From positions 17,298,001 through 17,362,000 of the forward strand of contig CM059448.1 of NCBI GenBank assembly GCA_030390025.1: DNA of 64,000 nt. The letters are read 5' to 3'. Every line of letters starts with the position of its first letter. The stretch's first letter is position 1. The notes beneath the pieces were generated by a model. That model had not been told where the DNA came from and made no database searches. It was given only the letters and a program-made list of their open reading frames with translations. This DNA is from Squalus acanthias. Taxonomy: Eukaryota. Positions 1-12,201 of the stretch are shown piece after piece. Position numbers and translations under genes: made by a program.

Positions 1-1468
1 AAATCATACTGCTGAATATTGATTCGGTGAGAACTTTCAAGGTGATGGATAATTTGAGTGAGAATAACAGCTTCCATAACTTTAGAAAATAATCGATGCA
101 AGAGCAATAAGGCAGTAAGTAGTTAGAAGGATAAGATGGGTCAATTTTCTGAGAGCAAACATGAGCATGTTTCCAACGAAGAATCAAAGGTGGACTGCAA
201 GAAAGTGATTCAAAAGACTGCATAATCCAAGGATAATGTTGGAGGCAGATCTTGAGACTAGGAAGGATATCAGCAGCATCAGGAGTCTTATTGAAGTCCT
301 GAGAGAGGGGATCTTTGAATCATTGTGCGAATAAAACTGGACGTTGGTCATAATGGTCAAAGGGAATAGAGGGAGTCCTTTACTAATATGATTGAGATTA
401 GAATTGTGGAAGAAAAGGGATCCAAAAAAGATCAACTTTCTCTTTAGGAAATTTTGACAGGTCCCCCCTTAATTTACAGAATAGAATACTACTGTACTAT
501 AATACTGAAGAGGTCTGGCAGAATCAGAGGGCTTGTAGAATTTGACATATATTACACATATATTGCAGTTTCTTAAATATACTACAGTGACCACATTGAC
601 TTATTCAGGCAGCCTGACCCCAAGCTCCAATGTTTTTCAGCGATTGCTGCGGTGCACATGTGACAGCAGTTCTTTCATCTCTATTCATCTTTCATAGGCA
701 CCAAGCAGAGGCCAAAGAGACCGACAGTGAGAACAGCATGAAGCAAAGAGGGAGGGGTAGAAAAAGAGAACAAACGTGCATCATTCTATTCCAAAGCACC
801 AGACAGTGCTGATCCAACAAAGTGTGACACTTTTTAAACAGCGATTAAAGGGCTTCAAACCAAAGGCAAAATAACCAATAGAAATTTAAATTATTTCCTA
901 TAGTTTACAAGTATGTGGTTTTCAAGATTTTCCACATGAAACCTACATCTCAGAACTAATTTCATAAAGAAGCATGGTACATTGTCACACAAAAATTTAG
1001 TGCTACACTTGCTCAAAGAAATTTTGGCCAACCTATAACTGAGCTAGGTTAAATAAACATAGCAGGAGGAGCAGAAAATGGATTTGCATCCCTGTCAGTA
1101 TGGGCAAGAATCAAACCCAGGTTCTCGAGGTTAAAGAACATTATAATCTCATTGTACCATCCAGGTCTCTTTAAAAAATGATCTAAAACTGTGCTGAAAG
1201 GATTGATTAGCAGTCCCGCTATGCTTAAATCACAAAGATTTTGTAGTTAAGAAACAAACTTGCATTTACATTGCACCTTTCACATAGTCAGGATATCCCA
1301 GAGTGCTTCACAAACGTGGCTGCCAATTTGCGCATCCAAAATTCCATTGATGGCAATGAAATGAATGACCAATTAAGCTTGGTTGAGAGTTGAATATTGA
1401 CCCGGTCACTGGGAGAGCTCGCTGCTCTTCAAAAAAGTCCACCTGAACCAGCAGACAGGACCTCAGTT

Positions 1469-2028
1469 CTAGACACAAAAGGCATCAAGGGGTTATGGGA
1501 AGAGAGCAGGAATATGGTATGGAGATAGAGGATCAGCCATGATCGTATTGAATGGCGGAGCAGGCTCGAAGGGCAACACGGTGGCATAGTGGTTAGCACT
1601 GGTGCCTCACAGCGCCAGAGACCCGGGTTCGAATCTGACCTCGGGTGACTGTCTGTGTGGAGTTTGCACATTCTCCCCGTGTCTGCGTGGGTTTCCTCCG
1701 GGTGCTCCGGTTTCCTCCCACAGTCCAAAAATGTGCGGGTTAGGTTGATTTGGCTATGATAAATTGACCCTTAGTGTTAGGGGGGGATTAAATATGTGGG
1801 GTTATGGGGATAGGATGGGATATGTTAGGGGGAATTAAATACGTGGGGTTACGGGGGTAGGGTGGGATATGTGTACTGTGGGGATTAAAGCAGGGACAGG
1901 GTACTGGATTTGAATGATCAGCCATGATCGTATTGAATGGTGGAGCAGGCTCGACGGGCCGAATGGCCTACTCCTGCTCCTAGATTCTATGAATGGCCTA
2001 CTCCTGCTCCTATTTTTCTATGTTTCTA
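1469..2028 (+). mobile_element. HER1/CR1 LINE 3' tail fragment, interrupted by a SINE
   Basis: GATCAGCCATGATCGTATTGAATGGCGGAGCAGGCTCGAAGGG (to ~1573) resumes as GAATGGCCTACTCCTGCTCCTATTT at 1991; same tail as the LINE at 3601. Confidence 0.75.
1571..1990 (+). mobile_element. HE1-like V-SINE, full length
   Basis: tRNA-like head with A box (TGGCATAGTGG) and B box (GGTTCGAATC), V-domain (TGTGTGGAGTTTGCACATTCTCCCCGTGTCTGCGTGGGTTTCCTCCGGGTGCTCCGG), ~47-bp internal tandem units, LINE-derived tail. Confidence 0.85.
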
Positions 2029-3600
2029 ACATCTAATCTGAAAAATGGCCGCTCCAGTGTAGTACTGGAGAAGTGCGGCCTTGTCAACGTGTCAGCCTAG
2101 ATTTGTGTGCTCAAGTCCTGGAGGTGAGAGTCCGACCACTTACCCATGCTGACACTTAGATTTAGAATAGTAATATTCAAAATTTAAATTTTGGCCCCAT
2201 TATATAAAACTAAATAATAAAACTTTAAATTTTGTGTTGAGATATTTGTGTCAAGGAAGCAGAATTTGTAGTATAGCACTGAATGTATATCTATTCAGTG
2301 GCAAAACAGCACGCAATTTGCCGTCTCAGTAAAGCAAACCAAAGAAAATCACGGCAATGCATTTGTTTTGTGGAGGCAACCGGTAGATTATTCCAGTAAT
2401 GTGAAGCCTTTGTAAGTACAGCAGGTCATATTGCCTTACACCATAGTCAGTGTGATACCTTGCAGTTCCTTGAAGTGAAAGGTTAGATTTACAAGGAAAA
2501 TTTAACATCTCTTTTTAATTAGAATTGTTGAAAATCTTATCCGTTTATAATTGATAAAACAAAGGATAAAAGCAGCATACATAAATAATGACCCTAACTT
2601 TATCCAGCAGCACAGCCTAATTAATTATTGTAGATAGGAAACAGATCCATTGGGTGACAAATGAATGGAAGATTCGAAAGTCGCTACCTCTGCAAGATTC
2701 TCTTCCTATTTGAAAGTTGCCTCACAGTCTGTCTACCAACAGAACTTTACATTAGGAAACACACAGCTGTATCCCCACCCCTTCAATTTTAAAATCAATT
2801 CCTCTCCCCCGCCATTATAGCCCCATTTTGCAGCCTGCACACTATTCTCATTCGGCCAAGAGGGATCGGAAAAGCAACTTAGGCCATTGTCAGGCACAGT
2901 CAAATCGTTATTTTTTTCCCCCCAAACTTGAAAACAGAATGTGTTACATTTTATATAACTGTGGTTTTTCCGACTTCGCCACTGATTCATGCTGGGTTAC
3001 AGTTCCACAGGTGATGATTGCATTCTGGTACGTGGCCATTCTTCATGTGTCAGCCTAGACAGTGCGGGTCAAGCTATTGAACTTTGGGAAGCAGGACAGC
3101 AAGTCGAATCCTATTATATATTATGTACATACCCACTATCAGCAATCAGGAACCCTAGCTGATATCTTTCCTCCAAGTAGTAAACCACAAGATTACTGAA
3201 TGGTGCAAATTTACAACAAAAAATGTGTTTTTCCCAACATGTCTATTCTTTTAAGAGGTACTGTGTGAAACGGTGCCAAAGTGATAAGCAAAATCAGGTC
3301 AATACAAAGCAACCATGATGGAAGCCAATGGGAGGCACAGCGATTCTAGTAATATAGTAATGTTTTGGGTAAAAGACCTTTAGCCCATTTTTCCAAACCT
3401 CCCATCAGTTTCCTTACCGTAATTTTGGAAATAGCCCTGTAATCCCCTTTCCTTTTATATAACTCGCCATGGCTTTCTATTCCACTAGCCCCACTGGTAA
3501 TTCTGTTCCATAGTTCCATCACACTCCTCCAAAAAAATGTTGCTAAAATGTCCTATTTTCCTTTGTGACCCCTTAACTTTAAACTGGGTCCCCTGATGCT

Positions 3601-4275
3601 CATAACATAACATAAGAAATAGGAGCAGGAGTAGGCCATTCAGCCCTTCGAGCCTGCTCCACCATTCAATGAGATCATGGCTGATCTTCTGCCTCAACTC
3701 CATTCACCAGCCCCATCACCATATCCCTTGATGCCTTTACTAGTCAGAAATCTATCGACTTCTGTTTTGAATATACCCAGTGACTGAGCCTCCACAGCCC
3801 TCTGGGGTAGAGAATTCCAAAGATTCACCACCCTGTGTGTGAAGAAATGTCTTCTCATCTCAGTCCTGAATGGCCTACCCTTTATCCCGAGGCTGTGGCC
3901 CCTAGTTCTAGACTCCTCAGCCAAGGGAAACATTCTCCCAGCATCCACCCTATCAAGCCCTGTAATAATTTTGTATGCTTCAATGAGATCCCCTCTCATT
4001 CTTCTGAATTCAAGAGAATACAGGCCTAGTTTACACAATCTCTTCTCAAACGACAGTCCCGCCATCCCAGGAATCAATCTCGTGAACTTTCGTTGCACTC
4101 CCTCTATGGCAAGTATATCCTTCCTTAGGTAAGGAGACCAAAATTGTACACAGTACTCCAGGTGTGGTCTCGCCAAGGCCCTATATAATTGGAGCAAGAC
4201 TTCTTCACTCCTTTACTTAAATCCTCTTGTAATGAAGGCCAGCATACCATTTGCCCTCCTAATGGCTTGTGTATC
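3601..4275 (-). mobile_element. CR1-clade (HER1-like) LINE 3' fragment
   Basis: ORF 3694-4197 LYRALARPHLEYCVQFWSPY...LYSLEFRRMRGDLIEAYKI is a CR1 ORF2 C-terminus; 3' tail ends in TTATG repeats. Confidence 0.92.
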
Positions 4276-4293
4276 ACCATATATACTCTCCAC

Positions 4294-4403
4294 CAATGTT
4301 CCCTTGAAGCTGCGCAGACACGCAGCTCTCCAAACCGCGCGTGCATAGTATTTTGAATGGGCCGCACAGCCCCGCGCCCCCCAAAAAATTACCGGGAACA
4401 TTG
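4294..4403. mobile_element. hAT-type MITE, copy 1 (110 bp)
   Basis: TIR CAATGTTCCC...GGGAACATTG; 8-bp TSD CTCTCCAC/TTCTCCAC. Confidence 0.8.
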
Positions 4404-4644
4404 TTCTCCACCCCACCCAAAACCACGAGATTTCCTGGGAGAGGCGAAAAACCAGATTAAAAATCCCAGGCTGATGCAAACTAGAAGATCGATCGTGGAT
4501 CTCCTCATGTTTCACATCCAATGAAGCGTGGCCACTATTGTTATTGTAGGCAAACATTTGGACACAACAAGAGGTCACCGCATCAAATGAGACGAATGGC
4601 CAGTTAAATCCCTCAAATCCTGTGTTCAACAGAAAAACTTTGTA

Positions 4645-5175
4645 TCTCATGATTTTACATCTATCAATGTTAAACCTCATTTGCCATCTTTCTGCCCATC
4701 AAAGTAGCCTGTCCAGACCCTATCACTGGCTACTACACTGAATTTGATGTCCTCTGCAAACTTTGAGACTTTGAACAGACCATTCTCCACATCATTTACA
4801 AAGATTATAAACATCAGCCCCAACACCAACTCATTTGGCACTCCCAAATATCACCAGTCATTTAACCATGCATCAATCCAGCCTAATACTATGCTATATG
4901 TCCCATGGGCATGCACCTGATGAATCAGTCTGTATACGAGATGGTGTCAACTGTCTTCCTGAAATCCTCTGCCTCACTCTTGTCCTCCAGATCTGTAATC
5001 TCCCTAAAGAAATCGAGTAAATTGATCAGACATGACCTGCCCTTTCTGAACCTACCTAACTCCCTAATCAGACCATGTCCTTCCAGATGACCCATTATGC
5101 TATCCCTCAAAGTCTCAAACACTTTCCTCACAATCGAATGAAGGCTCACAGGTCTGCAATTATAAATTATCAATG
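4645..5175 (-). mobile_element. Degenerate CR1 LINE reverse-transcriptase fragments
   Basis: RPVSLHSIVRKVFE, FRKGRSCLINLLDFF and MRFNIDRCKIM remnants. Confidence 0.75.
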
Positions 5176-6697
5176 TTCCGAAACAGGTTACTGCACATTT
5201 TCTATAGGAGCCTGGAGCAACTAAGAAGAAAGGCTTGACTTTGGACAAGAGATCCAATACTGTTGCATCCAAAACATTTTTGCCTTTAAAACGGTTTCAA
5301 TGTCTTTATGGATTAGTTTAGGTTATTTTTCATTCCAACTCGCTAAAGACAGTGTCAGCTACCCAAAGGAACACACTTGTCAATGCAGACAATTAAAAAA
5401 AATATATTAGTTATACAATTGTAACAACATGCAGGGAGTCAACAAATAAAAGTATAGTAAACAGAATTTGTGACATTGCACTCTCAGCGTGCAGTATGAC
5501 TGGCCCTGGACAGAAACTTGAAGGTGTAGATCCTCTGAAACCTCTTTGTGGAGCCCAGTTTGAAAACCTATACACTATCAGAGGAGTTAAGATGTGTAAG
5601 ATGTTTGCAGCCAGATGTTTATCCCATCCATCTGTGCTGGATTCCAGCCCAATTCCCAGAGATGGAAGGACAATGCGGAGTCCACTGTACTACCAAGTTC
5701 CCTGAATCAGTTAATTTCATTTGTAAAAATATTACCCTCACACGCACCAAAAAAGTACACAGCATCAGTTCTGATGCCATACAGAAGATTCACAAATGTG
5801 AGAGAACAATAATTCATGCATATAGAAGGGAACAAGTGATTAATGAAGGCCTTTCTCAAGAAAAAAGATCTATGTAACACACTACTACTGGTGCAGTACT
5901 CGCTCTATTCTGCACAGCAACAATTCAGAAGAAATATTAATTAAAATCTCAATTTATGCAAATACTCACTTCTGATTATGTAAATATTGTATACTGCTTT
6001 GGAATGGGGCTGGGGAAAGATATATTTTTTAAACCACATATGCAGTCACTAGAATGATGGATGTGTGGTAGTAACCATCACATTTCAAGTGTGTGCGTAA
6101 TGTACAATTTAATTTTCACAAATCTGAAATATCACCTAAAGGAACAGAATACAGTATTCAAAAAGAAAACTTAAATAAGACACACCAAAATGTAATTTAA
6201 ATACAGCATACAACAAACTCAACATACATAGCCCACTACAAACTCATTTCTCATTTCAAACAAGATTTTAAAGTGGGTATTTCCCATCTTTCTTAGAAGC
6301 AGCTATTCATCGCCAGATTATTCTTAGATGCTGGCTAGAATTCACAGCAAATCACATAGGTTAATAGACTAAGAATTGAGCATATTAATTACCATCCTAC
6401 GTGCTGCTAAAGTAAAAATAAAAATCTACATTACCTCAATAGGGATATCATTAGGGGACAAAAGAATTAAACTCCCTCTAAAGCAGTGACTTGCAGATGT
6501 TAGGTAAGAAACAAACAAACAAATATTCAGATATCAGAAAGCGCACAATTTAGGGAGATGCGACATTAAAAAAGATGCACATACAATCTTTAAATTAAGT
6601 GCAGATTGTGCATCTGCTTAAGATGCAGATGTAGCTAGCAGCTGAATCATACACTGGAAAAATAATCTAGACTATAATCAATACTGTAACATTGAGG

Positions 6698-7269
6698 TAA
6701 AAACAGAAAATGCTGGAAATACTCAGCAGGTCAGGCAGCATCTGTGGAGAGAGAAACAGAGTTATCGTTTCAGGTTGATGACCTTTTATTGGAACTGGAA
6801 AAAGTTTTAGAGATGTAACAGATTTTAAGCAAGTGCAGGGGGCAGGGAAAGGGGGAAGAGGAGGAAAGAACAAAAGGGAAGGTCTGTGATAGGGTGGAAG
6901 GCAGGAGAGATTAAATGACAAAAAGGTATGATGGCACAAAGCAAAAGGAGATGGCAATGGGACAAGTTAAAGAAACAAAAGATGGGTCTAGAAAAGGTGT
7001 AAATGGGAATGGCAGAATCAACAGCTGCCATCTGAACAAATAGGGGCAGAGGTTATGGTCTGAAATTGTTGAACTCGATGTCGAGTCCGGAAGGCTGTAA
7101 AGTGCCTAATCGAAAGATGAGGTGCTGTTCCTCGAGCTTCGTTCGAACAGTGCAAGAGACCGAGGAAGAAGAGGCCAGAGTGGGAGTGGAGCGGAGAATT
7201 AAAGTGACAGGCGACTGGAAGCTCACGGTCACGCTTACAGACTGAACGGAGGTGTTCCGCAAAGCGGTC
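6698..7269 (-). mobile_element. 5'-truncated Penelope-like element (GIY-YIG endonuclease C-terminus plus pLTR, decayed hammerhead)
   Basis: Remnant reading frame ...KLEEQHLIFRLGTLQPSGLDIEFNNF*, typical of the end of a PLE GIY-YIG domain; 9-bp TSD ACATTGAGG at 6689-6697 and 7270-7278; mutated hammerhead at 6760-6796. Confidence 0.85.
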
Positions 7270-7496
7270 ACATTGAGGGGTTTTCCCCTAATTAATTAGT
7301 CACAGCTATTTTTCCATTACAATGCACTGGGAAATCTCAAAATACCAGTGTTATTCATCACTTTCCTTGTTTGGAAACTACAGTACCAGGTAAGATCAAA
7401 ATACTTCTCATTGTGAAGAAAATCTCCTGCACAACTTTCTCCCTCAAGGCGCTAACTCATACAGGAGTATGGCTTCACATGCACTCGAAGCTTTCA

Positions 7497-7623
7497 CAAA
7501 CTGGCTGCCGCGTTTCCTACATTACAATCGTGACTACACTTCAAAAGTACTTAATTGGCTGTAAAGCGCTTTGGAACGTCCTGATGTCGTGAAAGGCGCT
7601 ATAGAAATGCAAGTCTGTCTTTC
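7497..7623 (+). mobile_element. Deu-domain SINE 3' fragment
   Basis: GGCTGCCGCGTTTCCTACATTACAA...GGCGCTATAGAAATGCAAGTC. Confidence 0.75.
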
Positions 7624-10235
7624 TTGCCAGCACCTCCATCAAATAGATATTCGTGCATGAGTCCAAACACCGAGTATTGGCAGACTAATCAGCAATGGGG
7701 AAAGGGTAAATCACAGCCAAGCCAGATACTGTCCTCACCAGACAGCCACATCCACCCTTTACAGGAAAGGCAACTGGAAGACAGTCTGGAGTTTGCTATA
7801 CCAGGCACTGCTTTTATCACTGGGCCATCATGGGAACCCCAGGAAATATCCAATTTGCATATTTCAAGTAACCCTCTTCGTACTGCTCAAGCCAGCTGTG
7901 GCATCCAGGTTTAAACATCTTTCCGCAGCATCATCGAATACCGTAATTGTGTTTATAAAGTTGGCTGAAGGAGCATTACCCTATTACAGTTGACTCGGGA
8001 TAAATGCATACCTGATCTAAGCACAATTCTGATCCAATCATAGAATTCCAATGTACCAAATCAACATCCATTCACCCAATATACAGAACTCCTGATCTAA
8101 GCATACAACGCTCCCCAAACTATTTAGATTTTCATTGCTCAGCACACTGAATGTGGTCAGTCCAGCAGTTGTCAGCCCCCTTTTGTATAGCATTACGTAT
8201 CCTAAAGTATTTTAATTTTAATTCTGCTACAGCGCAGGCTGGGGTAAATATTGCACTTTTCTTAATCAATCACAGAAATCCTCATCCAAGCGCAATTAGG
8301 ACCAAAGCAGAACATTTCTTGAAGTCGTTACAGAATTCAAACAGGAACTGGTTAAGTTCCTAAGTCAGCAAAGAGTAGAGGGTTATGACTTTGAGGTAGG
8401 AAGCTTTTTTAAAAAAAAAAATAATTTAAAATGAACAGATGGAGTCACAACAAAAGGAGCTGGATAACTGACTGACTGCAGGATGGGGTGAATGGCCTTT
8501 TATTGTTCTTTATATTAATGTTCTAATGGTTTGATCAGAATTTAATTGGACTTTTTTGGGCCAGTATCAGGTTTATCTGAAACATGAAATCCTACTGGCA
8601 GTAAACAATAAAATTTGGAAATGGTAAGCTTAAAAAACCTTCACACCGAGTTGTGAATAGACAGCCATCATATGATATAAATCTGGACTTGAAGCACTCA
8701 AAGAAAATCATGATTCTAGAAGTAACAGGGAATAGATGATACAGTGTACTTAATTCAAAGCTGCTTAATTCAAAATATCTGCTAATTCAATTTTTGCACA
8801 TTACATTCATACTTTGTAATGTTAATTATATTGTTTAATCCAAATTACTGGATAATTCATTTTTTAGTGCAAAAAACAACTTTGAATTATCAGGACCAGA
8901 CTGCACAGGTTTGGAGCTAAAGCAAGAGGTTGACTAAAATGGAGTGGACCCTGTACATGGACCAAAATGACAGATCAACTTAGATGGGCTAATATGGTAT
9001 TTTCTCATTCTTAATGGAACAGAAAAGTGTAGGAATGGTGCTGTTTGTAAATTCTGTATCATTTTACCCTATGGCTCCCTCCACAGTACAATCATCAAAT
9101 AAAATCAGTCACACTCGAACACACACGGGGATATATGTTTTATGCTACTTCAAAAGCCAGCATATGTAGAAAAGGGTATTATACATCATAAAGAAACAGT
9201 TAACATATAGGAAATGGGCAATTATATGGAGATTATATGTGCCTAATAGAAAAGTAATATGCATGAACATGGTACAACAACAGTATCTTTGACATGGAAG
9301 TAGTGCGCTGTATTCACTGGTGGAGCATTTTATTCAAGTGTATTTTTATGGAATTGTGGAAAGGATTAGACTTTCCCCATAGGATACCAAATTCCAGTGC
9401 ATTGAGTGGGAGTAGCTAGCCTAAATACAAAATTTGTCAACATGTCAGCATCAACTCTTGGCAAGGATCTTGAAAAAAGGCAAACTGTAAAACAATGGGT
9501 GGCGTAAGGAAATAACATTTGTTGCTTCCTACAGGCTGATTTGAGAGTTGAAACAAAGAAAAATTAGCTTATCCAATTGCCACATCTAATTTGCTGAAAA
9601 ATGCAAGAACCAAAGCAGTCGAATTTAATATTAACCTTTGTTTTTTTTTTTAAAAACTACATTTTGGTCTACGAGCAATCAAACTAAACAAGCCTTTAGC
9701 ACAAAATCAATTTCACCAAAGGCACATTCTCAGAAAGTAGGTTTTTTTCCTCCCAATTGGTTGACTTTACTCTGCCCCTGGTGTAAATGAATGCGCCATT
9801 GGAGAGTGTAAACGACAACAGGTTCAACTCTGCCTTTACTTATTGCACTTGCGTTGGACAAATATTGAACTCTGTTCAAGGAAACAAAAAAGTTGTATTA
9901 TTGTGAACTAAAAACTGAACTTAGGGGTCAGCCTTGGCTCAGTGGTAGCACTCTTGCCTCGGACTCAAAAGGTTGTGGATTCAAGCACCACTCCAGAGTC
10001 CTGAGCACATAAATTTCGGCTGACATTCCAGTGCAGTACTGGAGGAATGCTGTACTGTCCGAGGTGCCGTCTTTGGGATGCAACGTTAAATCGAGGCCCT
10101 GTCTGGCCCCTTAGATGGACATAAATCATCCAATGGCACTATTCAAAGTAGAGCAGGGAAGTTCTATTGGTGATAACAACAGAAAACGCTGGAAAAACTC
10201 AGCAGGCCAGGCAGCATCCGAGGAGAGAGAAACAG

Positions 10236-10272
10236 AGTTAACGTTTCAGGTCGAAGACCTTTCGTCAGAACT
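10236..10272 (-). ncRNA. Minimal type I hammerhead ribozyme motif (inverted copy)
   Basis: Exact reverse complement of 10475-10511. Confidence 0.82.
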
Positions 10273-10474
10273 GGAAAAAAAAGCAGGAAATGGAATAGAT
10301 TTTAAAGCAGGTTTAGGGGCGGGGAATGGGATGAAAGAAGATATCTCTTAATGTCTCTCAATCTCTCCTGCTTTCTATCCTATCACTGACCTTCCCTTTT
10401 GTTCCTTCATCCCCTCCCCCATTTCCCCGCCCCTAAATCTGCTTTAAAATCTATTCCATTTCCTGCTTTTTTCC

Positions 10475-10511
10475 AGTTCTGACGAAAGGTCTTCGACCTG
10501 AAACGTTAACT
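10475..10511 (+). ncRNA. Minimal type I hammerhead ribozyme motif
   Basis: AGTT-CTGACGA-A-AGGTC ttc GACCT-GAAA-CG-TT-AACT: helix I AGTT/AACT, CUGANGA and GAAA boxes, 5-bp helix II, palindromic helix III AACGTT. Confidence 0.82.
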
Positions 10512-12032
10512 CTGTTTCTCTCTCCATGGATGCTGCCTGGCCTGCTGAATTTTTCCAGCGTTTTCTGTTGTTATTTCGGATTTCCAGCATCCGCAGTATT
10601 TTGCTATTCAAGTTCTATTGGTGTCCTGACCAACATTTATCCCTCAACCAACACCACTAAAACAGATTATCTGGTCATTTCTCTTATTGCTGTTTGTGGG
10701 AACTTGTGCATAAACTGGCTGCCACGTTTCCCTATATTAAAACAGTGACTACACTTCAAAAGTACTTAATTGGCTGTGAAGCGCTTTGGGATGTCCTGAG
10801 GTGATGAAAGGCGCAAAATGGATGATCTTTCTTTCTAAATAACTTTTCATTATGAGGAGCCAATTCCTTCCAGTGGTTAAACAAGTAAATCCAGTGTGAA
10901 AGCAATTCAGATTAGAAGTAATGAGGCAAAGACTTTCTTGTTGAAGGGACTTCAGGCCTTAGTGTGCTCTTCCATTGTAGGTCTGCACAGGGCTATGATC
11001 TGGTTCAAGAATTTGAGCTTTACAAAAGGTCACATCATATTATTTCTCCACAACAGATTGAGCCAGTCACAAACAAACGAATGAAGTGACCATTTAAATC
11101 AAGGACAAACTAAGACACAATTGAAAATGAACTTTCAGTCAGGAAGTAGCTACATTTAACAGCTACTAACAGAGTTTAAATTCAGCAAAGTTAGTAGTTA
11201 AATGATTAGCAAGCTCTTTTTCTACATATATTTTATTTACACACTTTGCTTGAGTTAATAAACAAAGTGAAAAAGAATAGAGAAAATTCAGATTAGCAAT
11301 GCTCAAAAGGCAAGAAGACACTGACCTTCAAGGAACACATTTCCAAACCAACCAGCAAAAAATCAGATGCTGTCTTGCTGAAGGCTTGTTTATAATGCAA
11401 GCTACATCTTGGGACACTGGCTTAAGAGCATTGTTACTGTGTACAGTGGCCAAGACTAATTGGCTATCGTACATGCAGAATGTACAATCACAGTGATGTC
11501 AACAGATGTCATGACACACAAAACGTCTAGATCACTATAGTGAGTTATATCATGATGGTAGTGTGCATAGGAGGATATCATGCTGTTGCGTGATGACATC
11601 AGCGAAAGTGTTCCAAAATCACACTGTTGCTAGAGAAGCACTTTGTGGGCAGAGTTAGACCAGGCATTAAGGCCCAGTGAAAAACAGGCCTTCCTGGCTG
11701 CAGGTCGAACAAAATCCAACAGTTTTACCTTCAACTGCCACTGGCTATGGGAGATAAATGGGAACCGGTGGCCAAAGCACCTAGAGAGAGCAACAATTAC
11801 AGTAAGAATTCTGCCTCACTCTGGTGACAACGTAGTTCAATGGTAGTGCTGGCATAGTTAGCGATTACAAAGAAACCAAGCATATTTCAAAGCAGGGAGT
11901 ATAGTAAATTGCAACTCCAGGAAATTACTACTCAACTGAGGGGAAACATGCATAAAGTGGTGTAGGGGCTCCATTAGTGGCAACAGATTTCACACATTAA
12001 CTTTCTGTGATAGTGTGATCTCTTATATGGTG

Positions 12033-12201
12033 TAAAAACAGAAAATGCTGGAGATACTCAGCAAATCAGGCAGCATCTGTGAAGAGAGAAACAGAGTTTA
12101 CGTTAACTCAGTTTCGCTCTTCACAGATGCTGCCTGACCTGTTGAGTATCTCCAGCATTTTCTGTTTTTATTTCAGATTTCCAGCATCTGCAGTATTTTC
12201 T
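12033..12201 (+). mobile_element. Short Penelope-like fold-back insertion, family A
   Basis: 138-bp spacerless imperfect palindrome 12033-12170 centred on ACGT (12100-12103); tail 12171-12201; TSD TCTTATATGGTG (12021-12032) / TCTTATATAGTG (12202-12213). Confidence 0.85.

Larger units (their letters stand above)
1255..2155 (-). mobile_element. Deu-domain tRNA-derived SINE (SacSINE1-like), interrupted at ~1469-2028
   Basis: Both flanks match the reverse complement of the SINE copy at 9927-10835 and are contiguous (CCTCAGTT...AACATCT) once the insert is removed. Confidence 0.7.
10173..10609 (+). mobile_element. Penelope-like element pLTR fragment with inverted copy (fold-back), family A
   Basis: Arms ~10173-10330 and ~10418-10574 are near-perfect inverted repeats; unpaired tail 10575-10609; perfect 14-bp TSD AAGTTCTATTGGTG at 10159-10172 and 10610-10623; same sequence family as the GIY-YIG-bearing copy at 6698-7269. 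Confidence 0.88.
9927..10835 (+). mobile_element. Deu-domain SINE (SacSINE1-like), host of the PLE fold-back
   Basis: tRNA head (TGGCTCAGTGGTAGCACTC, GATTCAAGC), core GGTGCCGTCTTT...CGTTAAA, 3' ATTTATCCCTCAACCAACA...GCTTTGGGATGTCCTGAGG. Confidence 0.8.

Noticed and set aside
1-480. Purine-rich stretch that may be an old LINE remnant
   Set aside because: No reverse-transcriptase motif could be recognised with confidence.
9927-10000. tRNA-like sequences here and at ~1571 and ~18435
   Set aside because: They are SINE heads followed by SINE bodies and do not form complete cloverleaves.
11370-11445. Minus-strand SNNALK... as a possible AATF exon 5
   Set aside because: Downstream residues do not resemble the expected LLxQxPxT segment, and the splice phase does not fit.
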